Sequence record: MH992123.1
Source: Escherichia phage OLB145
Direction: 5' to 3' (one strand)
DNA: 64,000 bases
Shown: piece after piece, positions 34,544 through 45,146 of the stretch
Numbering within the stretch: the stretch's first letter is position 1
Layout of the letters: each line of letters begins with the position of its first letter
Notes under the pieces: generated by a model
Databases searched by the model: none
The model's input: the letters and a program-made list of their open reading frames with translations, nothing else
Told to the model about the DNA's origin: nothing
Made by a program: the position numbers and the translations under genes

Positions 34544-37500
34544 TTAGTGGGTAAGGTTGAACCAAGGATTGAGGGTAGGTGCTCTTAGTCCTTGTCCGAA
34601 GCCTAATGAATAATCCAGTCTTCCTTCAGCCAGCATGGTTAACATGTTGTCCTGAATTGGCAAACCTACATTACCAAACATGGCAGGAGCAGGTACTACT
34701 GTAGCAATCAGAGAATGTACTGGGTTGTTTCTAATCATGCTCATAGCAACTTTAATGGAACGAATCTTAAAGTTGTAGAACCACATCAGACCCATGCTTT
34801 CCATATAACCACGGAAACGACCAGGCAATCTGTCATAGTTAACAAACTCTTCAGTTACTTGACCTAATGCTTCAGAAGAGGATTTCTTCTTACGTTTCAC
34901 TAAATCATCATAAATGATGGCTTTAGCAATGAAGTCCGAATACTCTACTGTTTTCTGGATACCCTGGAACAGAGCAGTGTCCTTAGCAATAAGAGCATAA
35001 CGGCCAGCATTGCGTACTTTTTCTGGAAGTTTATTAGCAAGTTTTTCCATGTACTCATGAATCTTACCTTCAGCTACTAACAGGTCATCACGACTAATAC
35101 CAGCATCAGCAATAGAAGAGAACTCACCTGCTTCAATCAAAGGCCAGATGCTCATACGACGATGGCTATCAGTAATAGATTGAATCTCGGTTTTAAGTTT
35201 ACGAACCAGATTAGGATTGCCTTCAGCAGCACGTAATTCTGCTTCTGCATCAATCTGACGTAAGCGAGATTTAATGTACTGATTAATCTCTGACGTCTTA
35301 CGAGGAATATTCACAGCAATATCCTTAACAGGAACACCACGTCCAATCATCTGGTAGATGTTAGCAAGGAAGTTAACTGCCGGTACTACAACAGATTTAA
35401 CAACAATTACTGTCTTAGCATCCTTCACCAAGTTCTGAATGGTATTTTCAGCATTCATTACTACATGATATGCCTTATTACCAAATGCACCGAGGAACAT
35501 CTTTTTAACAGTATCAAGGGTGCTGGGTGACCAACGAGAGTTACCAGTCCATACATCACCAATAGATGCAGCACGATAGCCAAGTGCATCATTCAGCATA
35601 TCCCTACGAACCCATAACTCATCTTTACCAAAGAGTTCTTCGGCCTTATGACGAGTCTCAATGTTCATCAGGTTAATTGCATCAGCCAGTACTGGGTCAT
35701 CAATTTTACCTAACAGGTTTACATATTGAGATTTATTAGCACTGGAGTCTTTAATGTCTTTCTCATACATAGCATGTAATTGCTCGATGAGAATGTCATT
35801 AAAACGTTGTGCTTTAGCCTCTTCCACCTGACGACCACGCCATACACCAACCATCTTAGCAAAATGATTGTCTTGGTTTAGATGCTTCAACATATTAGGG
35901 TCAATGGATTGTTCATAAGCAACTACCTGACCTTTGCTGTTATAAATTGGCATCAGTGGTTCACGTCCACGTTCACCTTTAGCCAGAGCTTTGGTAATAC
36001 GCTCTACGGTTGGTTTGTCAGTAATACGACCAGCAACCATAGTACCTAACGTAAAGCCAGTACCAATATCCACGCCACCAGCAGTATTACGAACGTTCTG
36101 AAGAATACCTTGAGAGTATGGGGCACGAGCAGCTACTGGGCTGAAGTAATAACCTTTAGAACCAGTACGGAAACCAGTGCTTCCCTGATAAGTACCAATA
36201 CGAGTAAAAGATTGGCTATTTAACTTAGCAAACTCTTTATCGTCAGCAATAATCAAATTCACACCTTGCTGGTTCTCTACAGGGATATAGCCCTTAAAGT
36301 GATTCAGCAAAGTACGGTTATCACCTTTAGCTTTACGCATCTCTTCAGTACGTTGACCCACCATATAAGCAATGGAGAACTCCATACCTTCCACTTCTGA
36401 TTGAGCCAATTCTGACAAAAGGTCACGGTCAGACTTATTCATCAATTCCAGAGAGTACAAAGTAATGAGCTTATCAATAGCAGCTACATCTGCCACAGGA
36501 CCATTAGTAATACGTTCACCTAACAAACGACTAATAGCATGGGCATTACGAAGGAGGTTATTACCTACTTCCCCTGTAATCATGTATTGAGCCAGTTGCT
36601 TAGATTTCTTCTGAACCAGATTCCAGTTTCTACCTGCTTGGTTCTGAATCTCTTTTTCCAGAGTAGAGATTTCATCTTTCACTTTCTTAGGTGAAGAGAG
36701 TAAATCTCTAATTTCAGCCATGCTCATAGTTTCACGTAGAACAGCTAAATCTGTTTTACCTAAACCAGTATGCATTGCAGACCACTCGGTATCAGTCAGT
36801 TTACGGGAAAACTTACCAGCAATGACTGTAGGTAAATGCTCACGGAATTGTTGACGGTCTTGAGAAATCTGGCTCTTAACCAATTTGATTAAGTCGTAGA
36901 CATTGGCATTAGTCTTAGTACGGCCAACAATGTCATTAACTAAGTCATGGAAAGGTTGCCATACTTTACCCTGGTTCATAGCAGTCATAACACCCTGAGC
37001 CACTATTTCACCTTGTTTTTCAGATGCAATAGCAGCAGTCAGTTTAGCCAGATGAGCAACACCTTTAGCAGCTACATTAGAAGGGTTAGCAATTACCTTA
37101 TCTGCCTTTTCAATAACAGTTTCAGATAACCGTTCAATGCTATCCGTTACGTACTGATTAGCACGGTCAATGAAGTTACCGGTAGGGGTTGCTACAGCAT
37201 CATAGAAGGACTCTCGTTTCAGAGCAGCAGTCATGATTGTTTCTGACAGAGCATCAATACTGTCCTGAACATTAGTAGCTTTCTGGTCACCAGCCATACG
37301 ACGGTTCAGAGATTCCATTACCTGAGTGCCTGCATTGGTAAGCAGAGTATCTACATCATTCCCTAATTTCTTATCTGCTTTAGGTACAGGCATTTCTTTA
37401 ATGATTGAACGTAGTTCTTCATTAACCATAGCCAGACCCAGGAATGTAGGTAACAGACTGGTTCTACCTTTGGCATCTACTTCAACCAGATTAGCACCAG

Positions 37501-40500
37501 AGATAGTGTCATATTTCTGTTGAGCGTAGTAACGGTCAGCAGGGTTAGTACTATCAGGGTCAGTCATGAAATGTTCTACCGTAAGGTGTTTCATTACATG
37601 GGTATAAAGTTCCTGAGCACGAGCCATAGCGTGTGGGTCAATTGCAGCTTCAGTTGCTAATGCAGCAGTAACCATCTGGAATACAGATTGTTCCTGAGCA
37701 GTCATATTGAAGCCACGAGACTGAACATCACGAACCAGTCGAGTAGCACTCATTAATGCATTAGCCACATTGCCACGACGTTCTACTTCTGTAACTGGGT
37801 CAGTACGAAGGTAATCAGTTACCAGTTTATCGAAGGTCTGATTCAACTGAGACAGACGTTCATTGTTACCATATGCTTTGCTATGAAACAGTGTGCCATC
37901 TTTAGCTACTGCCTGAGTTGTAGGTTGGCTACGCATCAGAATTGCAGAATTAAACAGCAGATTAGAGAACATATCTTCTCCCAATGCAGGAGCTTGTTTA
38001 CGTCCCCAAATCAATTTCTTAATAGCCTGATAAACATCTTTCACCATTTGAACCAGTGAAGATGTTCTCTTCTGTTTATCAGTCAGAGCACGGTTAGCTA
38101 ACCCCCAAGCCATAAACTCATTAAGAGCAGCAGCTTTAGAAATAGCTGGGTCAACAAAGCCATTACTCAAATGACCTTCAATAGTTGCAATAGCATCAGC
38201 ATATGCTTCTCTCATTTCTGGAGAATCTTTGGAAATATCCAGAGAACGGAACTGTTCCATCAGACCTTCAAGGTTCTCAATAGCCTGCTTAGAAGTAGGG
38301 CTTACTTCATTACCCTGATAGAAGGAATAAACTTCCTCGAAGGTAGAAGCATGAACCAGTTCATGAATGAGGGTTTCCATAGAGGGGCTAACCAGATAAA
38401 TGGTCTTATCATCGAAGTTAGTCCAGCCATAAATATTACCTGCCTGAGCTTCTTCCATTTCCTGAGAAGTCAATTCAGTAACATTCTTCTGACGAGCATA
38501 CTCTGCAACCTGAGTAGGTGTACCGTAGATAATCTTATAGTCTTTAGCTGCCAGTGATTTCTGAATCTCTGCAAGAGTAGCTGCCTGAGTAGATGGCAGA
38601 TTACTAATCTTAGCCAGATTACGAATAGCAGTAGCAGACAGGATACGAACACCGGATGCCTTATGCTCACGGCCTACCATACCAAAGTCTGGATTCACTG
38701 GTTCTTTTTCAGAAACAGTTTCTTCTTTGACTTCAGCCTTAGCCTTAGCGACTTTTTGTTTACGGGCTTCTAACTCTTCACGGAAAAGTTTATTCAGTTC
38801 ATCAGCCTGTTGTTCAGGGGTCATATTGCTGAGGTCAATCTTACCGTTGTTCTGATAAGGAGCACCTACAGCAGCCATCTGGTCAATGGACAGATTTACC
38901 TTATCCAGTACCTTATGGCGAATATCTACCCCCAGTGCAATATTACGTAAGTTACGTTCAATCAGAGATGCAGCATTAGCAATATCATCTACAGTAGCAT
39001 TCTCACGTTGGTCATATTCCAGAGCAGATTTACCAATTGCTTCCAATGCTTCAGGGGACAACTTGCTGAAATCTACATTCTTCATGAACTTAGCATATGA
39101 TTCGTAAACATTCTTAATAGGGTTACCCTGCCAAGAAGTGTAAACAGCCTCATTAGCCTTACGACTAGCATCAGTAATGTCATTCAAACCAATGTTCATA
39201 CCATCAAAGATTTTGAGGGTATTCTTTGGTGCACCTTTCATAGTGGAAAGAGTTTGCATCATCATGCCATCACCAGTACCAATAGTCATAAATGGAATAC
39301 CTGCTACACCGGCCTGTGCTGGGGCATAGATACTCATTGGTACACGCATACGGTCATCAAGGTTAGTAGCTAATACCTGATTTGCTACTTCTGCATTTTC
39401 TGAGCCAGCAATGTAGAAAGTCTGAGAACCAGTCTCAATCATAGGAGCTAAGTTATTCAGAGAAGCCTGAATATCATTCAGTTCTTTCTGAGTAAGGAAA
39501 TCGCCTTTCTTCCATGTCGGGTCTTTAGCCTTCTCTGTCAGTTTTTCCTGTACTCGCTGTTTGAACATATCTTCCAGCACTACAGATTGAATCTGAGTAG
39601 CTTTCTGTAATTGTTCAGTAGAGTACACCAGACTTTCACCTACAGTCTGAGTAATACCATTACGTAGTGGTTCTACAAAGAAGTGCAGCATATTTTCCTG
39701 AAGTGCCTTCAGTTGCTCACCCTTAATGGTATAGGTCTTAGGATTGATTTTCCCTTTGGCTCCTGCACCTGTGGATTGTAGTTCCAGTACACCTTTACGT
39801 TTAACAGGAACAGTAGAAGTCAGTGTTTCCATATCTTTCAGGAAACGAGCAAGAAGTTCTTCAGCATGTGCTTCTGAAGCAGCTTGCTTACCAAACATTG
39901 CCATAGCAGCAGAGATGTTTGGGTCTTTAGCACGAGCTTTCAGCACATCAGACATACGCTCATAGATGGCATCAGTAACAGAACTAACCAGCTTACCTGC
40001 AATACCACGAGCACCAGAACCATAGATAGTAATAGTCAGTGGGTTCTTAGCAATACCACGTTTAAGTTCTAAAGCACCATTCTCGCCGAGATTAATATCC
40101 GGTAAGAACAAATCCATCAGAGAAAGAAGACTATCTATCTGGGACTGAATAGGCATATTAGAAGCGTAGTTACTACGTAACTTACCCAACGATTCCATCA
40201 AAGCATTAGTGGATGCTTGATATAAATCATTATTGTCAGCAGTAGAACGATGCTCATTCATGGTCTTATTTGGAGAACCAATGAACAAGCCACCTTTGGC
40301 AATGTTACGAATCCAGTCAGGGGTAAACAGGCCACCTGTCATTAGCATCATGGCATTGATTGGACCATTAGTAACACCATCTGCTTCTACATACAGTGGG
40401 GTTACAAATGCAGATTTATCCTCTGCTACTAAGTAACGGGAATACTCCATAAGAGCCATCAATGCTACGAATGACTTCCTATCTCCTAATGCTGTATTCA

Positions 40501-43500
40501 GAACATCAACTGCATTTTCTGGTAAGGAACCAGTGGTATTAAACTCAACCATCATATCAATGGCTGGTTTCAGATTACCTTCCAGTAATTTAGTTAACTC
40601 ATCTGACATAACCTCACGAGTCATAGTATGGACTTTAATGTCCAATGCCTGAGCCAGACCTAACTGGAATGCAGAGAAGTCTTCATTGTTCTGGTTCGAT
40701 AAATCCAAAGTAGCTTTAGTAGGTAGGATAGCCTCACGAACCAGTTTGGCTGATTGAGGATTGTATTTACCTAACATCTGCATACGACCAACACGGGTCA
40801 TATTGTATGCATAGTGAATAGGCACAGTAGAGATGTCTTCACTCTGTGCTCTTACCTGCTCAATGACGGAGAACAGTTGGTTGTAAGAGTCCTCTACTGA
40901 ACGGTTCTTACCTTCCAGAGATTTAGCATGGTTATCATTAAGTAACTCTTTATTCAGAGTACCAGCACCCATCAGTTCGAGAATACGGTCTTTACCTAAC
41001 GTCTCATAGAATTGAACCATTGGAGTGTGTACATAGAACTCTGTAGTCTGCTCTGCTTTCAATGCAGCCTTCTGTTCTGGAGTATTACGAACAGCAGGAT
41101 TACGAAGCTGAGTATTAGCTACAGGAGGAATGTCATTACCAAAGAACATCTTCTCTGTAGGATTTACTAAAACAGCTTCTTCAATAGCAGTAGGGAAGCT
41201 ATTAATTGGGTCGAAGGAATCCAGTTCAGTAATGGTGTACAGACCAATCGTCTTCTTATTATCTGGGTCAATTTCTGACATATCCACGATGTTCTCTACA
41301 ACATCAGTAGACTCTACAAATGCAGCCAGAATTTCAGCAGCCATTGCTGTAGGGATACCTTTGGTATAGCCCAATGGAGCATTTGGATTACGAGATAATC
41401 CCCAGTAAGACTCAATTTTCTGAGCCAGGGAACTAACTGCTTCAGTGAGTGTCATACCAGTATCAAATTGCTCTACTAAACCTTCTGGCAGCAAGGCTTG
41501 GTCAATACCAGTAATAGCAGCAACATCTTTTGCATCTTTGATAGCAGTATTGCTGGTAGCAGTAAGTCTCCACTGAAGACCCGCTAATACAGCAGTCTGT
41601 AGCAATTGCTCATTGTACTTAAAGGTATCCCCATCCTGTTCAACGATGTTAAGTAACTTACCACCTACCCAACGGTTGGCTTCTGTACCCTGAGCAAAAC
41701 GTTTACCAACATCCTTAGTGTTAAGGAACTTAGCCAGACGGGAACGAAGAATATCAGCAATACCTTCCCCATGTTCCATGAGTTCTTTATATCGCTTAAT
41801 AACTTCCCCATTAAAAGCAGGATTAGCAACTTCTTTCTCAGTAAAGAGTTCATAACGAGCACGGGAAGATAGAGCTTGAGCTACATCTTTTAGAGGTGCT
41901 TCTGAACCAACAGTACGGGATTTCTGTTCTTCCGGTAAGGTAAAGGACAATTTGAAATAGTTCTTAATACCCTCTGCTTTAGAATCAGCAGTACCTACCA
42001 ATGAGGGGTAAACAGCATCGATACCTTCTCTTAATTCTTCTGTAACTGTACGTTCTTTTACAGAAGTTTCAGTTTCTTTAACAGATTCAGTAGGTTGCTC
42101 GATGGTATCCTCATTAGTGAGGGTAGCATCCTGTTTTTCAGACTGGCTCACAGGTTCTTTTATAGCCTGTGGTCTAGACTCTTTAGTAGTAGGTTCTGTT
42201 TTAACAGGTTCACTAACAGGAGTCTTAGTCTGTACAGTAGATGTAACTGGTTCCTGTTTTGTAACAGGAGTTTCTTTAACCTGATTCACGGAGTCAGCTT
42301 TCTGTTGAGAAGAAGCAACGTCTCGATTGCCTTGACGGAATGCCTTGACCACCTCAGCAGCAGGGGCGTTAAGCCGTGAATCCAATGGAGTAACTTTTAT
42401 ATGACTGACCTTCAGTTCCGGGTAAGCCGAAGCGAGGGCATTAGCAATATCCGCTACCGTTTTCGCTTCAAGAGCAACTTGCTGGGCAAATTTAACCGAC
42501 TTAGTGTCATAGGGATTGACCCCCAATCCGGTACGGCTACGAACCCATTCTCTGTCGGCAGTAAGAGCTTGGTAGTGGACAGACTTATTCTTATCCGCAT
42601 TCCCCGTAACAAGATGCTCATTCAACGCTCCAACCTTATTCTGCATGTGCTGGGCGAACTGCATAAAGTCGTTCAGGTAAGCGGAGGCCAACTCGAAATT
42701 ACCAGAGTTATACGCAGACCGAATCCTATTCGCATGCTGCAACGCAGAGTATTGTCCTTCCTGAGTTCTGCTCTCATCCGTCTTAATCTGTTTACTCACA
42801 ATGTCTTGAGGACGTAATCCAAGACGGGCAGCTTCTGCATCATATTCCCGTGCCCCCTTCAGGATTGCAGCAGCATTCTGAAGGGCAGCAATTTGGCGAT
42901 TATTCAGTTTAATACGACCATCAGCAGCATGTTTAAGAACAACATTTACAGATTCTGGATTGAGCTTTTCAGGAGCTACTTCAGCAGCTAATGCTACGTT
43001 CTGCATTTCCTGTGGACTGGATTCTTCAGTCACATCCAAAGAACCATTCTGGGCAGATTCATTAATCATTCGATTAATAACATTCAGTGCACCAATTACT
43101 TTTGGTGTGTTCTGAATATTAGCTGTCAGATTTGTATAACGATTGAGTAACTCAATAGCCGGAGAATCTTTAGGAATGCTATCCAGTGCAGCAGGGTCAC
43201 GGTTAATGAATTGCTCAAACTCTGAAACAGCATCATACATATAAGATGCAGCTTCCATCAGTGCTTGAGGATTAGATTCATCTAATGTGTTAACTAGGTC
43301 TGCTAACTTTTGAATAACCTGTACTTGGTCAGTAGAACCAGCTACAGCATTACGAATATGCTCTGGTGCTTCCTGATAATTTTCAGGATTAAAACGAGTA
43401 GCATTCATTAAGTCAGAAACATACTGGTGTGCTGCAACTTTCTGTTCTGGAGTAGCATCAGTTGCTTCAACAGCATCACGAATAGTAACTTCTGCTTCTG

Positions 43501-45046
43501 GTGCTTGAGCCATAGCTTCTTGTGCTGCCTGTGCAACATAGTCATCAGCAACAGGAGATGCTTCTTCATTCTGCTTCATAACCCGCTCACCACGAGCTAC
43601 CAAAGTGTTCTTAATAGGGGAAACAACCTTACCTGCTACACTACCAGCAGCTTTAACACCAGCCATTGTGGTACGCAATACAGGAGCAGTTGCAGCACCT
43701 GCTAAACGAGCAGCACCAGCCGGAGCCTGTACAACACCAGCAGAGCCAAAGCCATAAAGAGCACCTAAACCAGCTTGTGTACCGACACCTTTAAGCAGGT
43801 CTTGGTTCTTATCAATGTTTTGTTGCTGTGCAATATTCTGAGCCAGTTGTCCTGTAGCACCCTGAACACCTTCTTCCACTGTTTCACGGGCAAGGTTCAT
43901 ACCTACAGCACCTAAAGAACCAGCACGGAAAGGGGCCATCTCAAAACGAAATACCAGAGGACCAGTTGCAGCAGCAATAGGTAATTGAATAGCAGCAGCA
44001 GTAAGACCCGTTTCAGATGCAGTCTGACGACGAGCCTGTTCTGGAGACATACCATCTTTAATATGTTGCTGATAAACAGGAGACTTCTCTAAGTCTTTAA
44101 GACTCATCTTCATAATTTCATCAGCAGTTTGTTGGTATGCACCACCAGCTTCTATTGCACCAACACCAACCATACCCGGTGCAGCTCTACCTACAGTAGA
44201 GGCAATACGAGCCAGTGACTGAGTACCAGTACCTGCATCAATAGCACCAGCCAATGCAGCACTACGAAGAGTATTTGCTGGAACAACTGCTTTACCCAGT
44301 AAAGATGCACCCCTTAATACAGGACCAGCACCTAATAGAGAACCTACCCCTTCTGCTAACCCATCGGAAATAATGGAGTCAGTTTGAGCAGCATTCTCAA
44401 TTGAACCTACAAAATCACGTCCAAATTTAGATAAGGAAGCTACTATGTCATTAGTGCCTTCTTTCTTATCTGTTTGATACTGACGTTCACTCTCTACTTC
44501 ATTCATTAAGTTACGAGCAGCAAAGAGCTTACGTTTATCTTGTAATGCCTGGCTTTGGGTAGCATGAACAGCATCATTAAACTTACTCAATTGTTGAGCA
44601 ACAACAGCACCTGCATCATCGTTGAGTAAGCCTGCCCCAAGAGCACCAATGCCCCCAAGGGTATTAACAAAACCAAGACCAACACCAGTAGCAATATCAC
44701 CCAGTTCTTCCCCAGGAGTTCTTGTAGTAACTGAATCATTGAATACCTGGTTCCCTGCATCAGCACGAGCATTGATAAGTTGTAAGCCTTGCTCAACCCC
44801 ATACTTATTCATGATTTGCATTGGAGTCAGATTCATGAAATCTGATTGCACTGTCCCTGGTTCAAATGCATTAGCCCCAACATTACCAGTACGGGCAGCT
44901 TGCATTTGATAAGCAGCATCAGGAGAAACAAGAGGAGTAGTGACACCTTGTTCAGCTTTCTTCTGGGCGGTTGCAGTAGAGACGTCAACTTGCTTTGCAT
45001 TGGTTACGCTGTCTGCGAACCCAGCCAGTCTATCAAATACTGACAT
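34544..45046 (-). CDS. Virion-encapsidated RNA polymerase (N4 gp50-like vRNAP, 3500 aa)
   Basis: Single ORF of about 10.5 kb; track ORF starts at TTG (3506 aa), the RBS-supported ATG at 45046 gives exactly 3500 aa, the N4 vRNAP length. Confidence 0.85.
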   Translation of the reverse strand: MSVFDRLAGFADSVTNAKQVDVSTATAQKKAEQGVTTPLVSPDAAYQMQAARTGNVGANAFEPGTVQSDFMNLTPMQIMNKYGVEQGLQLINARADAGNQVFNDSVTTRTPGEELGDIATGVGLGFVNTLGGIGALGAGLLNDDAGAVVAQQLSKFNDAVHATQSQALQDKRKLFAARNLMNEVESERQYQTDKKEGTNDIVASLSKFGRDFVGSIENAAQTDSIISDGLAEGVGSLLGAGPVLRGASLLGKAVVPANTLRSAALAGAIDAGTGTQSLARIASTVGRAAPGMVGVGAIEAGGAYQQTADEIMKMSLKDLEKSPVYQQHIKDGMSPEQARRQTASETGLTAAAIQLPIAAATGPLVFRFEMAPFRAGSLGAVGMNLARETVEEGVQGATGQLAQNIAQQQNIDKNQDLLKGVGTQAGLGALYGFGSAGVVQAPAGAARLAGAATAPVLRTTMAGVKAAGSVAGKVVSPIKNTLVARGERVMKQNEEASPVADDYVAQAAQEAMAQAPEAEVTIRDAVEATDATPEQKVAAHQYVSDLMNATRFNPENYQEAPEHIRNAVAGSTDQVQVIQKLADLVNTLDESNPQALMEAASYMYDAVSEFEQFINRDPAALDSIPKDSPAIELLNRYTNLTANIQNTPKVIGALNVINRMINESAQNGSLDVTEESSPQEMQNVALAAEVAPEKLNPESVNVVLKHAADGRIKLNNRQIAALQNAAAILKGAREYDAEAARLGLRPQDIVSKQIKTDESRTQEGQYSALQHANRIRSAYNSGNFELASAYLNDFMQFAQHMQNKVGALNEHLVTGNADKNKSVHYQALTADREWVRSRTGLGVNPYDTKSVKFAQQVALEAKTVADIANALASAYPELKVSHIKVTPLDSRLNAPAAEVVKAFRQGNRDVASSQQKADSVNQVKETPVTKQEPVTSTVQTKTPVSEPVKTEPTTKESRPQAIKEPVSQSEKQDATLTNEDTIEQPTESVKETETSVKERTVTEELREGIDAVYPSLVGTADSKAEGIKNYFKLSFTLPEEQKSRTVGSEAPLKDVAQALSSRARYELFTEKEVANPAFNGEVIKRYKELMEHGEGIADILRSRLAKFLNTKDVGKRFAQGTEANRWVGGKLLNIVEQDGDTFKYNEQLLQTAVLAGLQWRLTATSNTAIKDAKDVAAITGIDQALLPEGLVEQFDTGMTLTEAVSSLAQKIESYWGLSRNPNAPLGYTKGIPTAMAAEILAAFVESTDVVENIVDMSEIDPDNKKTIGLYTITELDSFDPINSFPTAIEEAVLVNPTEKMFFGNDIPPVANTQLRNPAVRNTPEQKAALKAEQTTEFYVHTPMVQFYETLGKDRILELMGAGTLNKELLNDNHAKSLEGKNRSVEDSYNQLFSVIEQVRAQSEDISTVPIHYAYNMTRVGRMQMLGKYNPQSAKLVREAILPTKATLDLSNQNNEDFSAFQLGLAQALDIKVHTMTREVMSDELTKLLEGNLKPAIDMMVEFNTTGSLPENAVDVLNTALGDRKSFVALMALMEYSRYLVAEDKSAFVTPLYVEADGVTNGPINAMMLMTGGLFTPDWIRNIAKGGLFIGSPNKTMNEHRSTADNNDLYQASTNALMESLGKLRSNYASNMPIQSQIDSLLSLMDLFLPDINLGENGALELKRGIAKNPLTITIYGSGARGIAGKLVSSVTDAIYERMSDVLKARAKDPNISAAMAMFGKQAASEAHAEELLARFLKDMETLTSTVPVKRKGVLELQSTGAGAKGKINPKTYTIKGEQLKALQENMLHFFVEPLRNGITQTVGESLVYSTEQLQKATQIQSVVLEDMFKQRVQEKLTEKAKDPTWKKGDFLTQKELNDIQASLNNLAPMIETGSQTFYIAGSENAEVANQVLATNLDDRMRVPMSIYAPAQAGVAGIPFMTIGTGDGMMMQTLSTMKGAPKNTLKIFDGMNIGLNDITDASRKANEAVYTSWQGNPIKNVYESYAKFMKNVDFSKLSPEALEAIGKSALEYDQRENATVDDIANAASLIERNLRNIALGVDIRHKVLDKVNLSIDQMAAVGAPYQNNGKIDLSNMTPEQQADELNKLFREELEARKQKVAKAKAEVKEETVSEKEPVNPDFGMVGREHKASGVRILSATAIRNLAKISNLPSTQAATLAEIQKSLAAKDYKIIYGTPTQVAEYARQKNVTELTSQEMEEAQAGNIYGWTNFDDKTIYLVSPSMETLIHELVHASTFEEVYSFYQGNEVSPTSKQAIENLEGLMEQFRSLDISKDSPEMREAYADAIATIEGHLSNGFVDPAISKAAALNEFMAWGLANRALTDKQKRTSSLVQMVKDVYQAIKKLIWGRKQAPALGEDMFSNLLFNSAILMRSQPTTQAVAKDGTLFHSKAYGNNERLSQLNQTFDKLVTDYLRTDPVTEVERRGNVANALMSATRLVRDVQSRGFNMTAQEQSVFQMVTAALATEAAIDPHAMARAQELYTHVMKHLTVEHFMTDPDSTNPADRYYAQQKYDTISGANLVEVDAKGRTSLLPTFLGLAMVNEELRSIIKEMPVPKADKKLGNDVDTLLTNAGTQVMESLNRRMAGDQKATNVQDSIDALSETIMTAALKRESFYDAVATPTGNFIDRANQYVTDSIERLSETVIEKADKVIANPSNVAAKGVAHLAKLTAAIASEKQGEIVAQGVMTAMNQGKVWQPFHDLVNDIVGRTKTNANVYDLIKLVKSQISQDRQQFREHLPTVIAGKFSRKLTDTEWSAMHTGLGKTDLAVLRETMSMAEIRDLLSSPKKVKDEISTLEKEIQNQAGRNWNLVQKKSKQLAQYMITGEVGNNLLRNAHAISRLLGERITNGPVADVAAIDKLITLYSLELMNKSDRDLLSELAQSEVEGMEFSIAYMVGQRTEEMRKAKGDNRTLLNHFKGYIPVENQQGVNLIIADDKEFAKLNSQSFTRIGTYQGSTGFRTGSKGYYFSPVAARAPYSQGILQNVRNTAGGVDIGTGFTLGTMVAGRITDKPTVERITKALAKGERGREPLMPIYNSKGQVVAYEQSIDPNMLKHLNQDNHFAKMVGVWRGRQVEEAKAQRFNDILIEQLHAMYEKDIKDSSANKSQYVNLLGKIDDPVLADAINLMNIETRHKAEELFGKDELWVRRDMLNDALGYRAASIGDVWTGNSRWSPSTLDTVKKMFLGAFGNKAYHVVMNAENTIQNLVKDAKTVIVVKSVVVPAVNFLANIYQMIGRGVPVKDIAVNIPRKTSEINQYIKSRLRQIDAEAELRAAEGNPNLVRKLKTEIQSITDSHRRMSIWPLIEAGEFSSIADAGISRDDLLVAEGKIHEYMEKLANKLPEKVRNAGRYALIAKDTALFQGIQKTVEYSDFIAKAIIYDDLVKRKKKSSSEALGQVTEEFVNYDRLPGRFRGYMESMGLMWFYNFKIRSIKVAMSMIRNNPVHSLIATVVPAPAMFGNVGLPIQDNMLTMLAEGRLDYSLGFGQGLRAPTLNPWFNLTH

Positions 45047-45105
45047 AGTAGGTTTCCTATACAAACTTATATCTATTAGAAATCACACTATACCTAGTGT
45101 AAGGA

Positions 45106-45131
45106 CGAGAAAAAAGCCCCGAAGGGCTTTT
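45106..45131 (-). terminator. Rho-independent terminator (minus strand)
   Basis: GCCC-CGAA-GGGC hairpin with U-run on the minus strand just downstream of the 618-aa gene. Confidence 0.5.
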
Positions 45132-45146
45132 GTATTATGGTAGAAA

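Noticed and set aside
36947-44909. Several plus-strand ORFs of 60-140 aa inside the vRNAP gene
   Set aside because: All lie antisense within one continuous 3500-aa coding frame and show no RBS or domain signal; treated as frame shadows
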